Source of the DNA: Candidatus Freyarchaeum deiterrae
Lineage (GTDB): Archaea; Asgardarchaeota; Jordiarchaeia; Jordiarchaeales; Jordiarchaeaceae
DNA: 64,000 bases
Direction of reading: 5' to 3'
NCBI GenBank assembly: GCA_037305845.1
Contig: CP147778.1
Coordinates: 128,001-192,000 of the forward strand
The position numbers and the translations under genes were made by a program. The notes below the pieces were generated by a model, which did not search any database, was not told the origin of the DNA, and saw nothing but the letters and a program-made list of their open reading frames with translations. Positions 10,481 through 19,572 of the stretch are shown here, in pieces (position 1 is the stretch's first letter; each line of letters begins with the position of its first letter).

Positions 10481-11203
10481 TTGGAGGCTCTTCGATTGAG
10501 TGAAGAGAGAATAAGCTACGGAATTTACTCGCCGGGTGTTCTTGGTGTTTTTATTTTAGGGATAGTAGTGTGCTTTTTCCTCTACTTAATATTTAACAGT
10601 CTTGTTATAAAATACATTATCCCATTAATTATAATTGCATTAGCCATTATTATTGGATTAATATTTTATGAAAGCAGCAGCCCCCTAAGAGTTAAGCGCA
10701 GCGAAATACTTGTAGAGTTCGCCGAACCCAAGGACAATTCTCTCATGCTCGATGTGGGAACAGGCCGGGGATTGGTTGCGATAATACTCGCGAAGGCTTG
10801 TAAAAACTGCAAGGTAATCGGAATCGACACCTGGTCCCCCGTCGCTTTGTCTGGCGTCTCCGGAAACACTATGGAAAATGCGGAGAAAAACGCGGAAATC
10901 GAAAAAGTAAGCCGCAAAGTTAAATTCCAGCAGGCCGACGCTCAAAAACTACCCTTCCCCGACAACACCTTTGACCTAGTTGCCGCCCACGAGGTTCTAG
11001 ACACCATGGTCGTCGGAAGAGACAAAGCATTAAGGGAAATATACCGGGTTACAAAAAAGGGAGGAAAATTTGTTTTCTCAACAGCCTTATCAAAATATAT
11101 CTTAATCAGAAAATGTGCCAAATTAGGATTCAGGAAATTTCAATCCGAGTGGCTTGGCTTAAAAGAAGGACCCATAACCTACTATGTTCTATGCACAAAA
11201 TAA
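10481..11203 (+). CDS. Membrane-anchored class I SAM-dependent methyltransferase
   Basis: Two N-terminal TM helices, LDVGTGRG, ADAQKLPFPDNTFD, EIYRVTKKGG. Confidence 0.85.
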   Translation: MEALRLSEERISYGIYSPGVLGVFILGIVVCFFLYLIFNSLVIKYIIPLIIIALAIIIGLIFYESSSPLRVKRSEILVEFAEPKDNSLMLDVGTGRGLVAIILAKACKNCKVIGIDTWSPVALSGVSGNTMENAEKNAEIEKVSRKVKFQQADAQKLPFPDNTFDLVAAHEVLDTMVVGRDKALREIYRVTKKGGKFVFSTALSKYILIRKCAKLGFRKFQSEWLGLKEGPITYYVLCTK

Positions 11204-11228
11204 AAGAAGTTTATTGAGGAAAAACAGT

Positions 11229-12422
11229 TTAAAAGTCTGTTGATGGGAAATTTATTCGTTCTAAGTACTCGCTAGCAAGTTCATGGTTGTGTTCATTGTG
11301 TTCAAGAATTTCTTTGCTTTTTAGAACTTGTCTCTCAATCCGATCCAAACCCAGGTGGAAGGTTTCGTCTACATTCCAGCCTTCGGCGGAGCTGAAATAG
11401 TTTCCCTTCAGAGTTCTCAGCTGAAGCCGGCAGTGGACAATTCTTTCTCCCCTGTGGGTTGCGCCGTGTGTTTTCAAGTAAACGAAAAGTGTGCCGAATT
11501 CTAGTATTTTTTCGAATCGGCTTCGGAATGCATCGAATTCTTTCATCATATAATCTCGTTGTGATTCGTCTATGTCCAATTCTTTGACTGCGAACTGTAT
11601 GGAAAGCGTCTGTTGTTTCATTTCCATTTGGGCTATTGGCTCCAGAAAATCTCTTTTCGTCACGATTCCTGCGAGGTTTGCTCCCCTGACAACTACTAAT
11701 GAGGAAATGTCTGAGTCATGCATTTTTTTCTCAGCTTCCTTCAGGCTAGTTTCAGGTGGAACCGTAATTAGGGGGCGTGACATTATATTCTTCACCGAAG
11801 CGGTCAGAGTCTCGACTTTCGCTCTCCCAACTGTTTCGCCAAACCTTTCGGGCTGCGTCGGTTTAAAGAAATGATCAATAACATCTCGAATACTCACCAT
11901 CCCTACAGGCTTTCCATGGCTAATTACGGGTGCGTGAGAGATGTTGTGCTCCTTGAAGATGTTCAGCAGCCCTCCTATCGACTCGTCTTCATTAACAACA
12001 ATGAGCTGTTTATTCATTATTCCTTCAATTTTATTTTCGCCCCACTCTGTCATCACTGCTCCATGAATAATATGTTCGTCCGTGACAACACCCACAAGCT
12101 TCCCTTCATTGAAAACTGGAAGCGCCACAAGATTATTCTCTATCATCAAAGTAGCCGCCTTACTGAGAGAATCCTCCTCTCTAACCTCGGGGGCTGAACG
12201 CATCAATTTCTCTACTTTAGTTTTAGATGGATCAATCTGCCTCGACCGGACTATCCATTTTCGCGCCAATAAACCTTCATATTTGCCTCTGTTATCCAAG
12301 ACAATTAATACTGGTACAGTTCCTTTTTTGAAGAGCTCGAGGCACTGGGAAAGTGTGTCCTCATTACTAACGCTGGCGAATTTCTTCGAAAAAACTTCTC
12401 CGACAGTAGTGCTTGAACTCAT
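11229..12422 (-). CDS. Four-CBS-domain protein with C-terminal HPF/RaiA-like domain (putative ribosome hibernation factor)
   Basis: Four CBS repeats (e.g. LPVFNEGKLVGVVT, PVGMVSIRD, LAGIVTKRD); C-terminal beta-alpha-beta-beta-beta-alpha segment ending LDRIERQVLKSKE. Confidence 0.8.
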   Translation of the reverse strand: MSSSTTVGEVFSKKFASVSNEDTLSQCLELFKKGTVPVLIVLDNRGKYEGLLARKWIVRSRQIDPSKTKVEKLMRSAPEVREEDSLSKAATLMIENNLVALPVFNEGKLVGVVTDEHIIHGAVMTEWGENKIEGIMNKQLIVVNEDESIGGLLNIFKEHNISHAPVISHGKPVGMVSIRDVIDHFFKPTQPERFGETVGRAKVETLTASVKNIMSRPLITVPPETSLKEAEKKMHDSDISSLVVVRGANLAGIVTKRDFLEPIAQMEMKQQTLSIQFAVKELDIDESQRDYMMKEFDAFRSRFEKILEFGTLFVYLKTHGATHRGERIVHCRLQLRTLKGNYFSSAEGWNVDETFHLGLDRIERQVLKSKEILEHNEHNHELASEYLERINFPSTDF

Positions 12423-12784
12423 ATCTTCACTCCTTCTTTCTTTTCCTAAAAAATCCAATTAACACCAAAAATTAATGATGATGTTACCCTGCGTTTGGAT
12501 GTTTTCTTTCGATGCTTGATAAATTCCGTCAGTATGGGAAATTCTTTCTAACGTTTATATTGATGATATCATACTGATATATAAGAGTTAGGAAATAATC
12601 AAACAAATAGTCTTTCTGGAGTAAAAAGGAGGGAGCCCCTTTTAGTACTTACTTCTTTTCTGATCTGGTTGGAGGAAGGTAAGCTGAAAAGTTGAATACT
12701 TAAATATTTGTATAACAATTGTCACTAATAGATAATTATTTTAAAAAGGCCTTGTGCACTTGAATTTTTGGTGGTTTGATTTTT

Positions 12785-13909
12785 ATGGTTAAAGAAGATG
12801 TTTATGAAAACATTCGGCTAATTATGAACAGAGGAACTGCTGTTAAACTGCCAAAACATAAAGCGGTTACCGAGATGCTTAAGAGTGTTTTCAGTAAAGA
12901 GGAAGGAACCCTCCTGAGTGTTTTTGAGAAAACTGGTCAGCCTCTAACCGCAGATAATATAGCGCAACTTTCTGGTGTTCCGAAGGAGAGAGTGGTTCAG
13001 GTTTTCGATGATATGGCTTACAAGGGAAAGCTGGTTAAGGCGGCTAATTTTTATGTCTTGCTGCCCTTCGTTCCAGGATTGTTTGAGGTTTACTTCACCC
13101 ACAATAGAGACAATCCCGAGAAAATGAAGAAAGCTGCCAAGGCGTACCGAGAATTATTCTATTCCGGTCACCCCTTCGAGCTAAGTGCAGGTGGCTATAC
13201 CCTTTACCGTGTTATACCTGCTGTGGAGCCCACCGAGAAAACAATCGAAATAAACAAATCACTGGAAGTACAGCGTCAGGTTTTACCATACGAGATTCTG
13301 AAGGAGTACCTTTCAAAAGCCGATCTGCTCGCCGTGGTTCCCTGCAGCTGTCGAACCGCAGCCAAATACGCGGGTCATCCCTGCGAACGGACCGATGAAA
13401 ATTTCTGCGTCACTACGGGATTCCTCGCAAAGAGCGTAATCGACGAAGGGGTGGGTCGTCAGGTCACCCTAGACGAGCTCATGGAGATTATGAAGAAAGC
13501 TGAGAAGGCGGGACTGGTGCACGAAACAATAAACATACAGGACACCTCGGTATTCATCTGCAACTGCTGTCCCTGTTGCTGCGGCTTCCTAAAATCGGTC
13601 AAGGAATTCCAAAACTACAACGCCATAACAAAGGCAAACTTCCTCCCCCGAACCAATAATGATCTATGCAGTAAGTGCGAAAAATGCGTAGAAATCTGCC
13701 CCATGGACGCTCGATACCACCACTGGCCCCACTCGGAAGACCTATCCGACAACATGATAATAACGAGAGAAGACCTATGCATAGGCTGCGGTGTCTGTGC
13801 TTCCAACTGCCCAAAGGAAGCTATCACCCTCGAAAAAGTCAGAGACATCGTACCAGTTAAAAACCAAGCCGAGATGGACCAAAAATTCAAGGAAGGAAGA
13901 GTCCACTAA
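12785..13909 (+). CDS. 4Fe-4S dicluster / polyferredoxin-like protein with N-terminal wHTH-like region
   Basis: PCSCR, ICNCCPCCCG, CSKCEKCVEICP, CIGCGVCASNCP. Confidence 0.88.
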   Translation: MVKEDVYENIRLIMNRGTAVKLPKHKAVTEMLKSVFSKEEGTLLSVFEKTGQPLTADNIAQLSGVPKERVVQVFDDMAYKGKLVKAANFYVLLPFVPGLFEVYFTHNRDNPEKMKKAAKAYRELFYSGHPFELSAGGYTLYRVIPAVEPTEKTIEINKSLEVQRQVLPYEILKEYLSKADLLAVVPCSCRTAAKYAGHPCERTDENFCVTTGFLAKSVIDEGVGRQVTLDELMEIMKKAEKAGLVHETINIQDTSVFICNCCPCCCGFLKSVKEFQNYNAITKANFLPRTNNDLCSKCEKCVEICPMDARYHHWPHSEDLSDNMIITREDLCIGCGVCASNCPKEAITLEKVRDIVPVKNQAEMDQKFKEGRVH

Positions 13910-13998
13910 TTTTAACTCTCTACTTTTTAAAACCAGAGAAAAACATTGAAAAATAAGGCAAAATGGAAAAATTGCTGGCACTTCCAAGAGAAACAGTT

Positions 13999-16900
13999 CT
14001 AGATTAAATCTTCCTGGCTTAGCTTCTTCTTGCAACTTGGACAGTATCCCTTAACTTTGACCCACTCTAACAGGTGGTCTCTATGACTCAAGACGCCACA
14101 GTTAGGACACTCAAGGAACTGTTCTTCTGAGGTTACATACTGGTTGCACACGGAACATCGCGCAGTGATACTACCACAGACTGGACAGTACTTGGCGTCC
14201 TCGGGAACCTCGTGACCGCATTTTACACACTTGGGTTTTTCTGAAGTGGGTGCCGTTCTACTAACTTTAGGCGTTATATTAGGCTTAGGAACCTCTGTCT
14301 CTCTTTTTATCGGAGTAGGAGCCCTCTCATACCTATTTGGAGCCTCTGTCTGAGAAACTTGTTCTTCTCTCCTTCTGCGAGGAGTGGGAGCCGCCCTATA
14401 CCTAGTTGGTGTTTGTGCTTCCACTTCTGAAACCTGTTCTTCTCTCCGTCCTCTTAGCCCCAGCGCCGCAACAGTGACTACCGCAACCCCAACCAAGCCC
14501 AGAACCAAATAAATCAGGGGATTTAAGCCGCTCGGCGTAAACAATGAAAATAGTAGAAAGGGAAGATATGATGAAAAGGGAATTCCTAGAGGCATTGTGG
14601 TTCCGATTATAGCGAAATTAGATAGATGATCCGTATACGCGGTTACTGTGTTGTTTACCGTGTCTACGGTGCTTGGCAGCTGAGTCCAGTTTCCTGAAGT
14701 TGTGTCCAAGTAACATATCGCAAGAGAGCTTTCATTAAGACCGAGTTCCAAGACTTTCGAATCAGGGTAGTGAATAGTTATGTTGAATCCTAGAATCGCA
14801 GAAACATTTTCGGATATACTTACACAACTTTCCAGTATGGCTGAACCTGAGGGAACATATCCCCCTACACCACCTATCTTTCTTGACATGCTCAGCGAGA
14901 CCGAGTCATTAAGGTTTAAGAAAAGTTCAACACCCAACTCGCTGTAAGCGTTCCAAGGTTGTTGGTTTCCACTAGTAAATTCGTGGGTGAAAATCGAAAA
15001 AGATTGACTCTCTTCGCTTCCCCAACCTCCGTGGGTTGGTTCTGGGTCACATAAATTTTTTACAAAGCACCAATCAACTGTTACACTTGTACCAGTACCT
15101 CTTGCTCCAAAATTTAAACCCATATTAGCTTGAGGTATATTGGTCGTCATCTGAGCTTTTAAATTGTCGTCTTCGTAGAATTCGACGTCGTTTTTCCAAA
15201 TTATCTTTAAAATATGGTAAGAGCTTAAATCTGATGTTCTGGGTATACTAGTTGCAGAGCCTAATCTAAGTGTTTGATAAGCACTCAAATCAAACTCGGC
15301 AACATCACAGGAATTTATGGGATTGCCTGTTGCACTTCTATCATCCGCAGCCATTTGATATGCATTTTGTCCCCCTGCTTGTCCAGAGGCTTTAGCTCTG
15401 AAATAAAAAGCTCTTGGACTGTTGAATTGGACTTTAGCACCGATGAGTTCAAAATTGATACCTCCGTTACCCATAATTGTTAATTCGGTTCCAGACTCGG
15501 AATATGAACCGCCTGAATACCAGTTATACCATTTGTTTGTGTCCAAACTATTGTCATCAAAATGATCAAAGAATGCAAATGTGCTAGTCCCATTACTGGT
15601 TGTTGATGCATCATTTTTTCCATAATAAACACAAATAGTAGCTTTGTTTGGCGCAACTGGGATGGAATCTATTTCAACCCAGAAGGTTGCGTTATCACCA
15701 TCGGTTTTATCTTGCAACCAATAGTTTAGGAGGCTGGTTCCATCAGAGTTTGTGAACCTTACGTCCCCGAAATCATATCGGCAGTGAGCGTTGCAGTAGA
15801 CGTTCTCAGCGTTATCGGTACCGCTGCTATAATGCACCACTATTCTCATCTGGTAATTGGTCTGCGCACCCGCAGTACTTCCTGCTATCATATGCTGTTT
15901 ACAGTAAGCCCATCCGGACAGCCAGGGGTGTGTATATTCTTCTGTTCCCCAGGTTCCGTGGGTTGGTTCTGGGCTGGCGTAGTTGCGTACTCTCGCCCAG
16001 TCGTATTTGCACTCCGATGGTCTGGCTGCTCTTAGGTCGATGTAGAATGAGAAATCCGAAACTGTCTTGCTGCTGGAAGTAGCTCTTTCGGAATAATCTG
16101 GATTAATATACTTAGCACTAAAAACATTTCCATTTTTAATAATTTGAAATATTTTGTACGTTGTTGGTTGCGTCGTAACGTAATAATCCTCACTATTCCA
16201 AGAAGAACCAGTCCACCATGAGTGTCTTATGCGATCTGTACCCAAAAAGAAGTTTGTATCCGAATAAGAGAATGATTGACCGATTGGAGCACTTGTTATA
16301 TCCAACAATGGTGTTTGAACATCAATTGAACCACCGTCATATATTCCTTCAGCACTTGTTTCTATTATGCAATTGCTTTGCGTTATTGAATTATTTGTTT
16401 GGATATTCACATAACCAGTTCCGCTTGTTATCTTCATGTCTAACTCGCTATTAGAAACAGAAATCGAACCATAGGGATCCGTCTGCTGAACCCATTTAGT
16501 TCCATTCACTGAGTTGCCTAGAAAGTCGTCGAAGAAAATAAATGTGTTATCACCGCTGCTTGTGGTGGTTGCGTCACTCTTACCGTAATACACGCAAATA
16601 TTCACTGTGGCTGGGCTGGCGGGTATGCTGTTTATTTGGACCCAGAAGGTTGCGTTATCACCATCGTACTCGCTCTCCATCCAGTAGTTCAAGAGACTGG
16701 TCCCATCCGAATTCGTGAACCTTACGTCCCCGAAATCATATCGGCAGTGAGCGTTACAATAAACGTTCTCAGCGTTATCAGTACCGCTGCCATAATGAAC
16801 TACTATTCTCATCTGGTAACTGGTCTGCGCACCCGCAGTACTTCCAATTATTGTGAGGTTTTTACGGCAATTCCATCCTGAAAGCCAGGTATCTTTGGCA

Positions 16901-17109
16901 TTAATATTATTGTTATTTGAGGGATTATTTAGAAGGAGAGTTTGAAGGTAATTATTTGTATTAGTAGAAGGCGGGGAGGAGAGGAATACGGATGTATACA
17001 TTGATACGAGGAAGAGTGAAACTGCGATGAGCGTGATTAGTTTTCGTTTATTTTTAAATAAGCGGTTTTCGAGTCTCAAGTTCCACCCAGCCACCTTTCT
17101 TTCATCCAA
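13999..17109 (-). CDS. Single-pass membrane protein: 2x DUF2341 ectodomain, TM, zinc ribbon and RING-like domain
   Basis: N-terminal hydrophobic signal; twice DFGDVRFT...LLNYW...ATFWV...YYGK...FFD.F; TM IYLVLGLVGVAVVTVAALGL-RGRR; CxxC..CPVC; C-x2-C-x12-C-x2-C-x4-H-x2-H-x10-C-x2-C. Start may be TTG 17079. Confidence 0.85.
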   Translation of the reverse strand: MDERKVAGWNLRLENRLFKNKRKLITLIAVSLFLVSMYTSVFLSSPPSTNTNNYLQTLLLNNPSNNNNINAKDTWLSGWNCRKNLTIIGSTAGAQTSYQMRIVVHYGSGTDNAENVYCNAHCRYDFGDVRFTNSDGTSLLNYWMESEYDGDNATFWVQINSIPASPATVNICVYYGKSDATTTSSGDNTFIFFDDFLGNSVNGTKWVQQTDPYGSISVSNSELDMKITSGTGYVNIQTNNSITQSNCIIETSAEGIYDGGSIDVQTPLLDITSAPIGQSFSYSDTNFFLGTDRIRHSWWTGSSWNSEDYYVTTQPTTYKIFQIIKNGNVFSAKYINPDYSERATSSSKTVSDFSFYIDLRAARPSECKYDWARVRNYASPEPTHGTWGTEEYTHPWLSGWAYCKQHMIAGSTAGAQTNYQMRIVVHYSSGTDNAENVYCNAHCRYDFGDVRFTNSDGTSLLNYWLQDKTDGDNATFWVEIDSIPVAPNKATICVYYGKNDASTTSNGTSTFAFFDHFDDNSLDTNKWYNWYSGGSYSESGTELTIMGNGGINFELIGAKVQFNSPRAFYFRAKASGQAGGQNAYQMAADDRSATGNPINSCDVAEFDLSAYQTLRLGSATSIPRTSDLSSYHILKIIWKNDVEFYEDDNLKAQMTTNIPQANMGLNFGARGTGTSVTVDWCFVKNLCDPEPTHGGWGSEESQSFSIFTHEFTSGNQQPWNAYSELGVELFLNLNDSVSLSMSRKIGGVGGYVPSGSAILESCVSISENVSAILGFNITIHYPDSKVLELGLNESSLAICYLDTTSGNWTQLPSTVDTVNNTVTAYTDHLSNFAIIGTTMPLGIPFSSYLPFLLFSLFTPSGLNPLIYLVLGLVGVAVVTVAALGLRGRREEQVSEVEAQTPTRYRAAPTPRRRREEQVSQTEAPNRYERAPTPIKRETEVPKPNITPKVSRTAPTSEKPKCVKCGHEVPEDAKYCPVCGSITARCSVCNQYVTSEEQFLECPNCGVLSHRDHLLEWVKVKGYCPSCKKKLSQEDLI
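15678..16845 (-). repeat. Internal near-identical duplication of the DUF2341 coding segment (15678-15882 and 16641-16845)
   Basis: Long shared DNA strings such as cccagaaggttgcgttatcaccatcg and gtgaaccttacgtccccgaaatcatatcggcagtgagcgtt, offset 963 nt. Confidence 0.85.
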
Positions 17110-17580
17110 AAAGAATATTCTGTAATACGTTTATAAACTTGCTTATTGCGACAAAAGCTTAATGTCGGAATTGTTCAGAGGAATACCAAGAATTCTTGGC
17201 AGGGCGTCTAATCAAGTTGCGGTGAGTTCGGTATTAGAATGTGTTTGGAATTAGTATTTTTAATGAAAGGAACCAAATATTAAAAGATGTTTATATTTTA
17301 GAAGCATAAACTTTTTAAGTGATTACTTTGTTTTTATCAACAAATATTAAAATGAGGTTGAAGACCTTCCGATGTTTGGTTTAGCAGTTAGGCAGAATCG
17401 TTTCAAATTTGCTTTGTACGTGTCTAAAAATAGGAGAAAGGCAGCAAACTCTTTTTCCATTGATATTGAAAGCAGTAAAGGAAATCAGTCTGAAAGGATA
17501 TGATTTCGAAAATACTCTATGAGAGTTGAACGATTTTTAGAAAATTCTAATACCAATGAGTGAGATTTAGGGTGAGAAAA

Positions 17581-18510
17581 ATGAAAAAAACTTGTTCGGA
17601 AGCAACGCTAACCAACAATTCGGCGCAAACGCATGCAGACAGCAGCGACAGCACATCCTCATCCGATTCCAGTGAATCGGGCAATAAACACAATGCGTAT
17701 AACGTGTTAAATGAGCTTTTAAAAGAGGAAGAAATTACTCTTTACAATTTGCCCGAGTACTATGACATAGCTCTCTCTCGAGATGTTTCTGGAGAAATAA
17801 AATTCTATATCGATTGTTTTAGGAAGTACTGCAGCTTCGATGTGAAAACAGTTTTAGAGCCGGCCTGTGGTAGCGGTGTCTTTCTGGTTAATTTTCCGAA
17901 ATACGGATGTAATATCACTGGATACGATATTAGTCCAAAGATGGTGGAATACGCAGAAGAGAGGATAGAAAAGGCAAGGTGTTCTGACAGAGCAAAGGTC
18001 TTACTAGGCGACATGGTAACCATGAAATTTAATCCAAAATTTGACGCGGCAATAACTCCACTTAGCAGCCTCGGTTATCTGCGTTCAGATGAAGAGATAA
18101 TAAGTCATCTAAGAGCCATGTCTGAATCTCTCCGGAAAGGCGGACTTTACATCGTAGAACTCTCATGCGCCTGCGACGACATAAACAACGAGAAGACACC
18201 GGACGAAACGTGGTTTGCGGAAAGGGATGGAATTAAAATAGAAGCTACATGGCGTCCTTATTACTACGACAAAGAAAACAAGGTAAGACACATTGAATTT
18301 AGAATGAAAGGTCAAGACAACGGTAGAGTATTCGAATTCCAAGAAGAACATAAACTGAGGCTCTGGTTCTACGAAGATTTCAAGAAATTAACTCAAGAAG
18401 CAGGATTTAGAATCGAGGTAATTTACAATCAGGAATATCAATTAGTTTCCAAAGATTGCCGCATTACTGGAGAAACGGGTGCCCTTTACTATGTTCTGGT
18501 GAATGAGTAG
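17581..18510 (+). CDS. Class I SAM-dependent methyltransferase
   Basis: VLEPACGSG, GYDISPKM, GDM, LRKGGLYIV; low-complexity Ser-rich N-terminus makes the start uncertain. Confidence 0.85.
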   Translation: MKKTCSEATLTNNSAQTHADSSDSTSSSDSSESGNKHNAYNVLNELLKEEEITLYNLPEYYDIALSRDVSGEIKFYIDCFRKYCSFDVKTVLEPACGSGVFLVNFPKYGCNITGYDISPKMVEYAEERIEKARCSDRAKVLLGDMVTMKFNPKFDAAITPLSSLGYLRSDEEIISHLRAMSESLRKGGLYIVELSCACDDINNEKTPDETWFAERDGIKIEATWRPYYYDKENKVRHIEFRMKGQDNGRVFEFQEEHKLRLWFYEDFKKLTQEAGFRIEVIYNQEYQLVSKDCRITGETGALYYVLVNE

Positions 18511-18512
18511 AA

Positions 18513-19487
18513 CTAGTATCCTAGGTCTACTCTTATTTCATTTTTGATTGGTTCTTCTCTGTATAATCTCCAAACGTTGTCTAGGGCGAATTTTACGCAT
18601 CTCTTTCTACTTTCTTTAGTCCACCCGCCCATGTGTGGGGTAAGCACCACATTATCCAGTTTTAAGAGAGGATTATCGGGATGAGGGAGGTAATCGTAAA
18701 ATACGTCGAGCCCTGCTCCCGCGATTCTACCGTTTTTTAAGGCGTTGATGAGGGCTTTTTCATCTACGGCTTTGCCTCTGGAAACGTTGATGAGGTAGGC
18801 TGTTTTCTTCATCTGTTGAATTTCTTTTTCCCCGATCATTTCCTTTGTTTCTTCGGTCAAAGGAACACAGAGTGCCGCAAAATCGGAATTCTTCAAAACA
18901 TAGTCTAGGCTATCTAAACCCCCCAAAAAATCCATTTCCACTCCCTCTGTCTCCTCTTTTGAGGATTCGGGGTGCTTCTTTATGGCAAGTATCCTCATTC
19001 CGAAAGCTTTCGCTCTCTTAGCCAACTCTATCCCTATCCTACCCAAACCAATGATTCCTAAGGTTTTATCCAATAGTTCGGTTCCCTCGTACTTATCCTG
19101 GAAGTTTTTCCACTCGCCTCCAATCACTCTGTAGCATTCCTGAGGAAGTCTTCGAATCAGCGCAAGCATGAGGAGCATGGCATGTTCCGCTACGGCTGGG
19201 GCATTACATCCGGAGGCGGTAGCGGTCTTGATTCCCTTTTTTGCTGCGGCTTTAAAATCAATAACGTCCCCACCAGCTGCTGCCGTTTGAATCAGTTTCA
19301 GTTTTTCTGCTTTTTCAATTATTTCGGCTGAAGCCCAGGGCGAGAGCAGTACGTCCGCGTCCTTAATCTCCTCCAGTATCTCTTCCCCAGTGTCTGGAAA
19401 AACCAGATCGACATCCGGGGGCAAACCGTTCCTAACAATTTCTTCTATGTTTTCACCGAAATATTTCCAAAGACAAACGACCTTCAT
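18513..19487 (-). CDS. D-isomer-specific 2-hydroxyacid dehydrogenase
   Basis: AVAEH, GIIGLGRIG, INVSRG, AGLDVF, TPHMG. Confidence 0.93.
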   Translation of the reverse strand: MKVVCLWKYFGENIEEIVRNGLPPDVDLVFPDTGEEILEEIKDADVLLSPWASAEIIEKAEKLKLIQTAAAGGDVIDFKAAAKKGIKTATASGCNAPAVAEHAMLLMLALIRRLPQECYRVIGGEWKNFQDKYEGTELLDKTLGIIGLGRIGIELAKRAKAFGMRILAIKKHPESSKEETEGVEMDFLGGLDSLDYVLKNSDFAALCVPLTEETKEMIGEKEIQQMKKTAYLINVSRGKAVDEKALINALKNGRIAGAGLDVFYDYLPHPDNPLLKLDNVVLTPHMGGWTKESRKRCVKFALDNVWRLYREEPIKNEIRVDLGY

Positions 19488-19572
19488 CCTAAACTACTTC
19501 CTAGTCCAAAACTGTTTTTTAAGTAATTAGAGTTGAATTATTAAAAAAATTTGTGTAAAGAGAATAGAGGAA

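Noticed and set aside
17500-17533. SECIS-like ATGA...AAAA...GA hairpin
   Set aside because: The stem is far shorter than a SECIS helix and no UGA-interrupted gene was seen nearby
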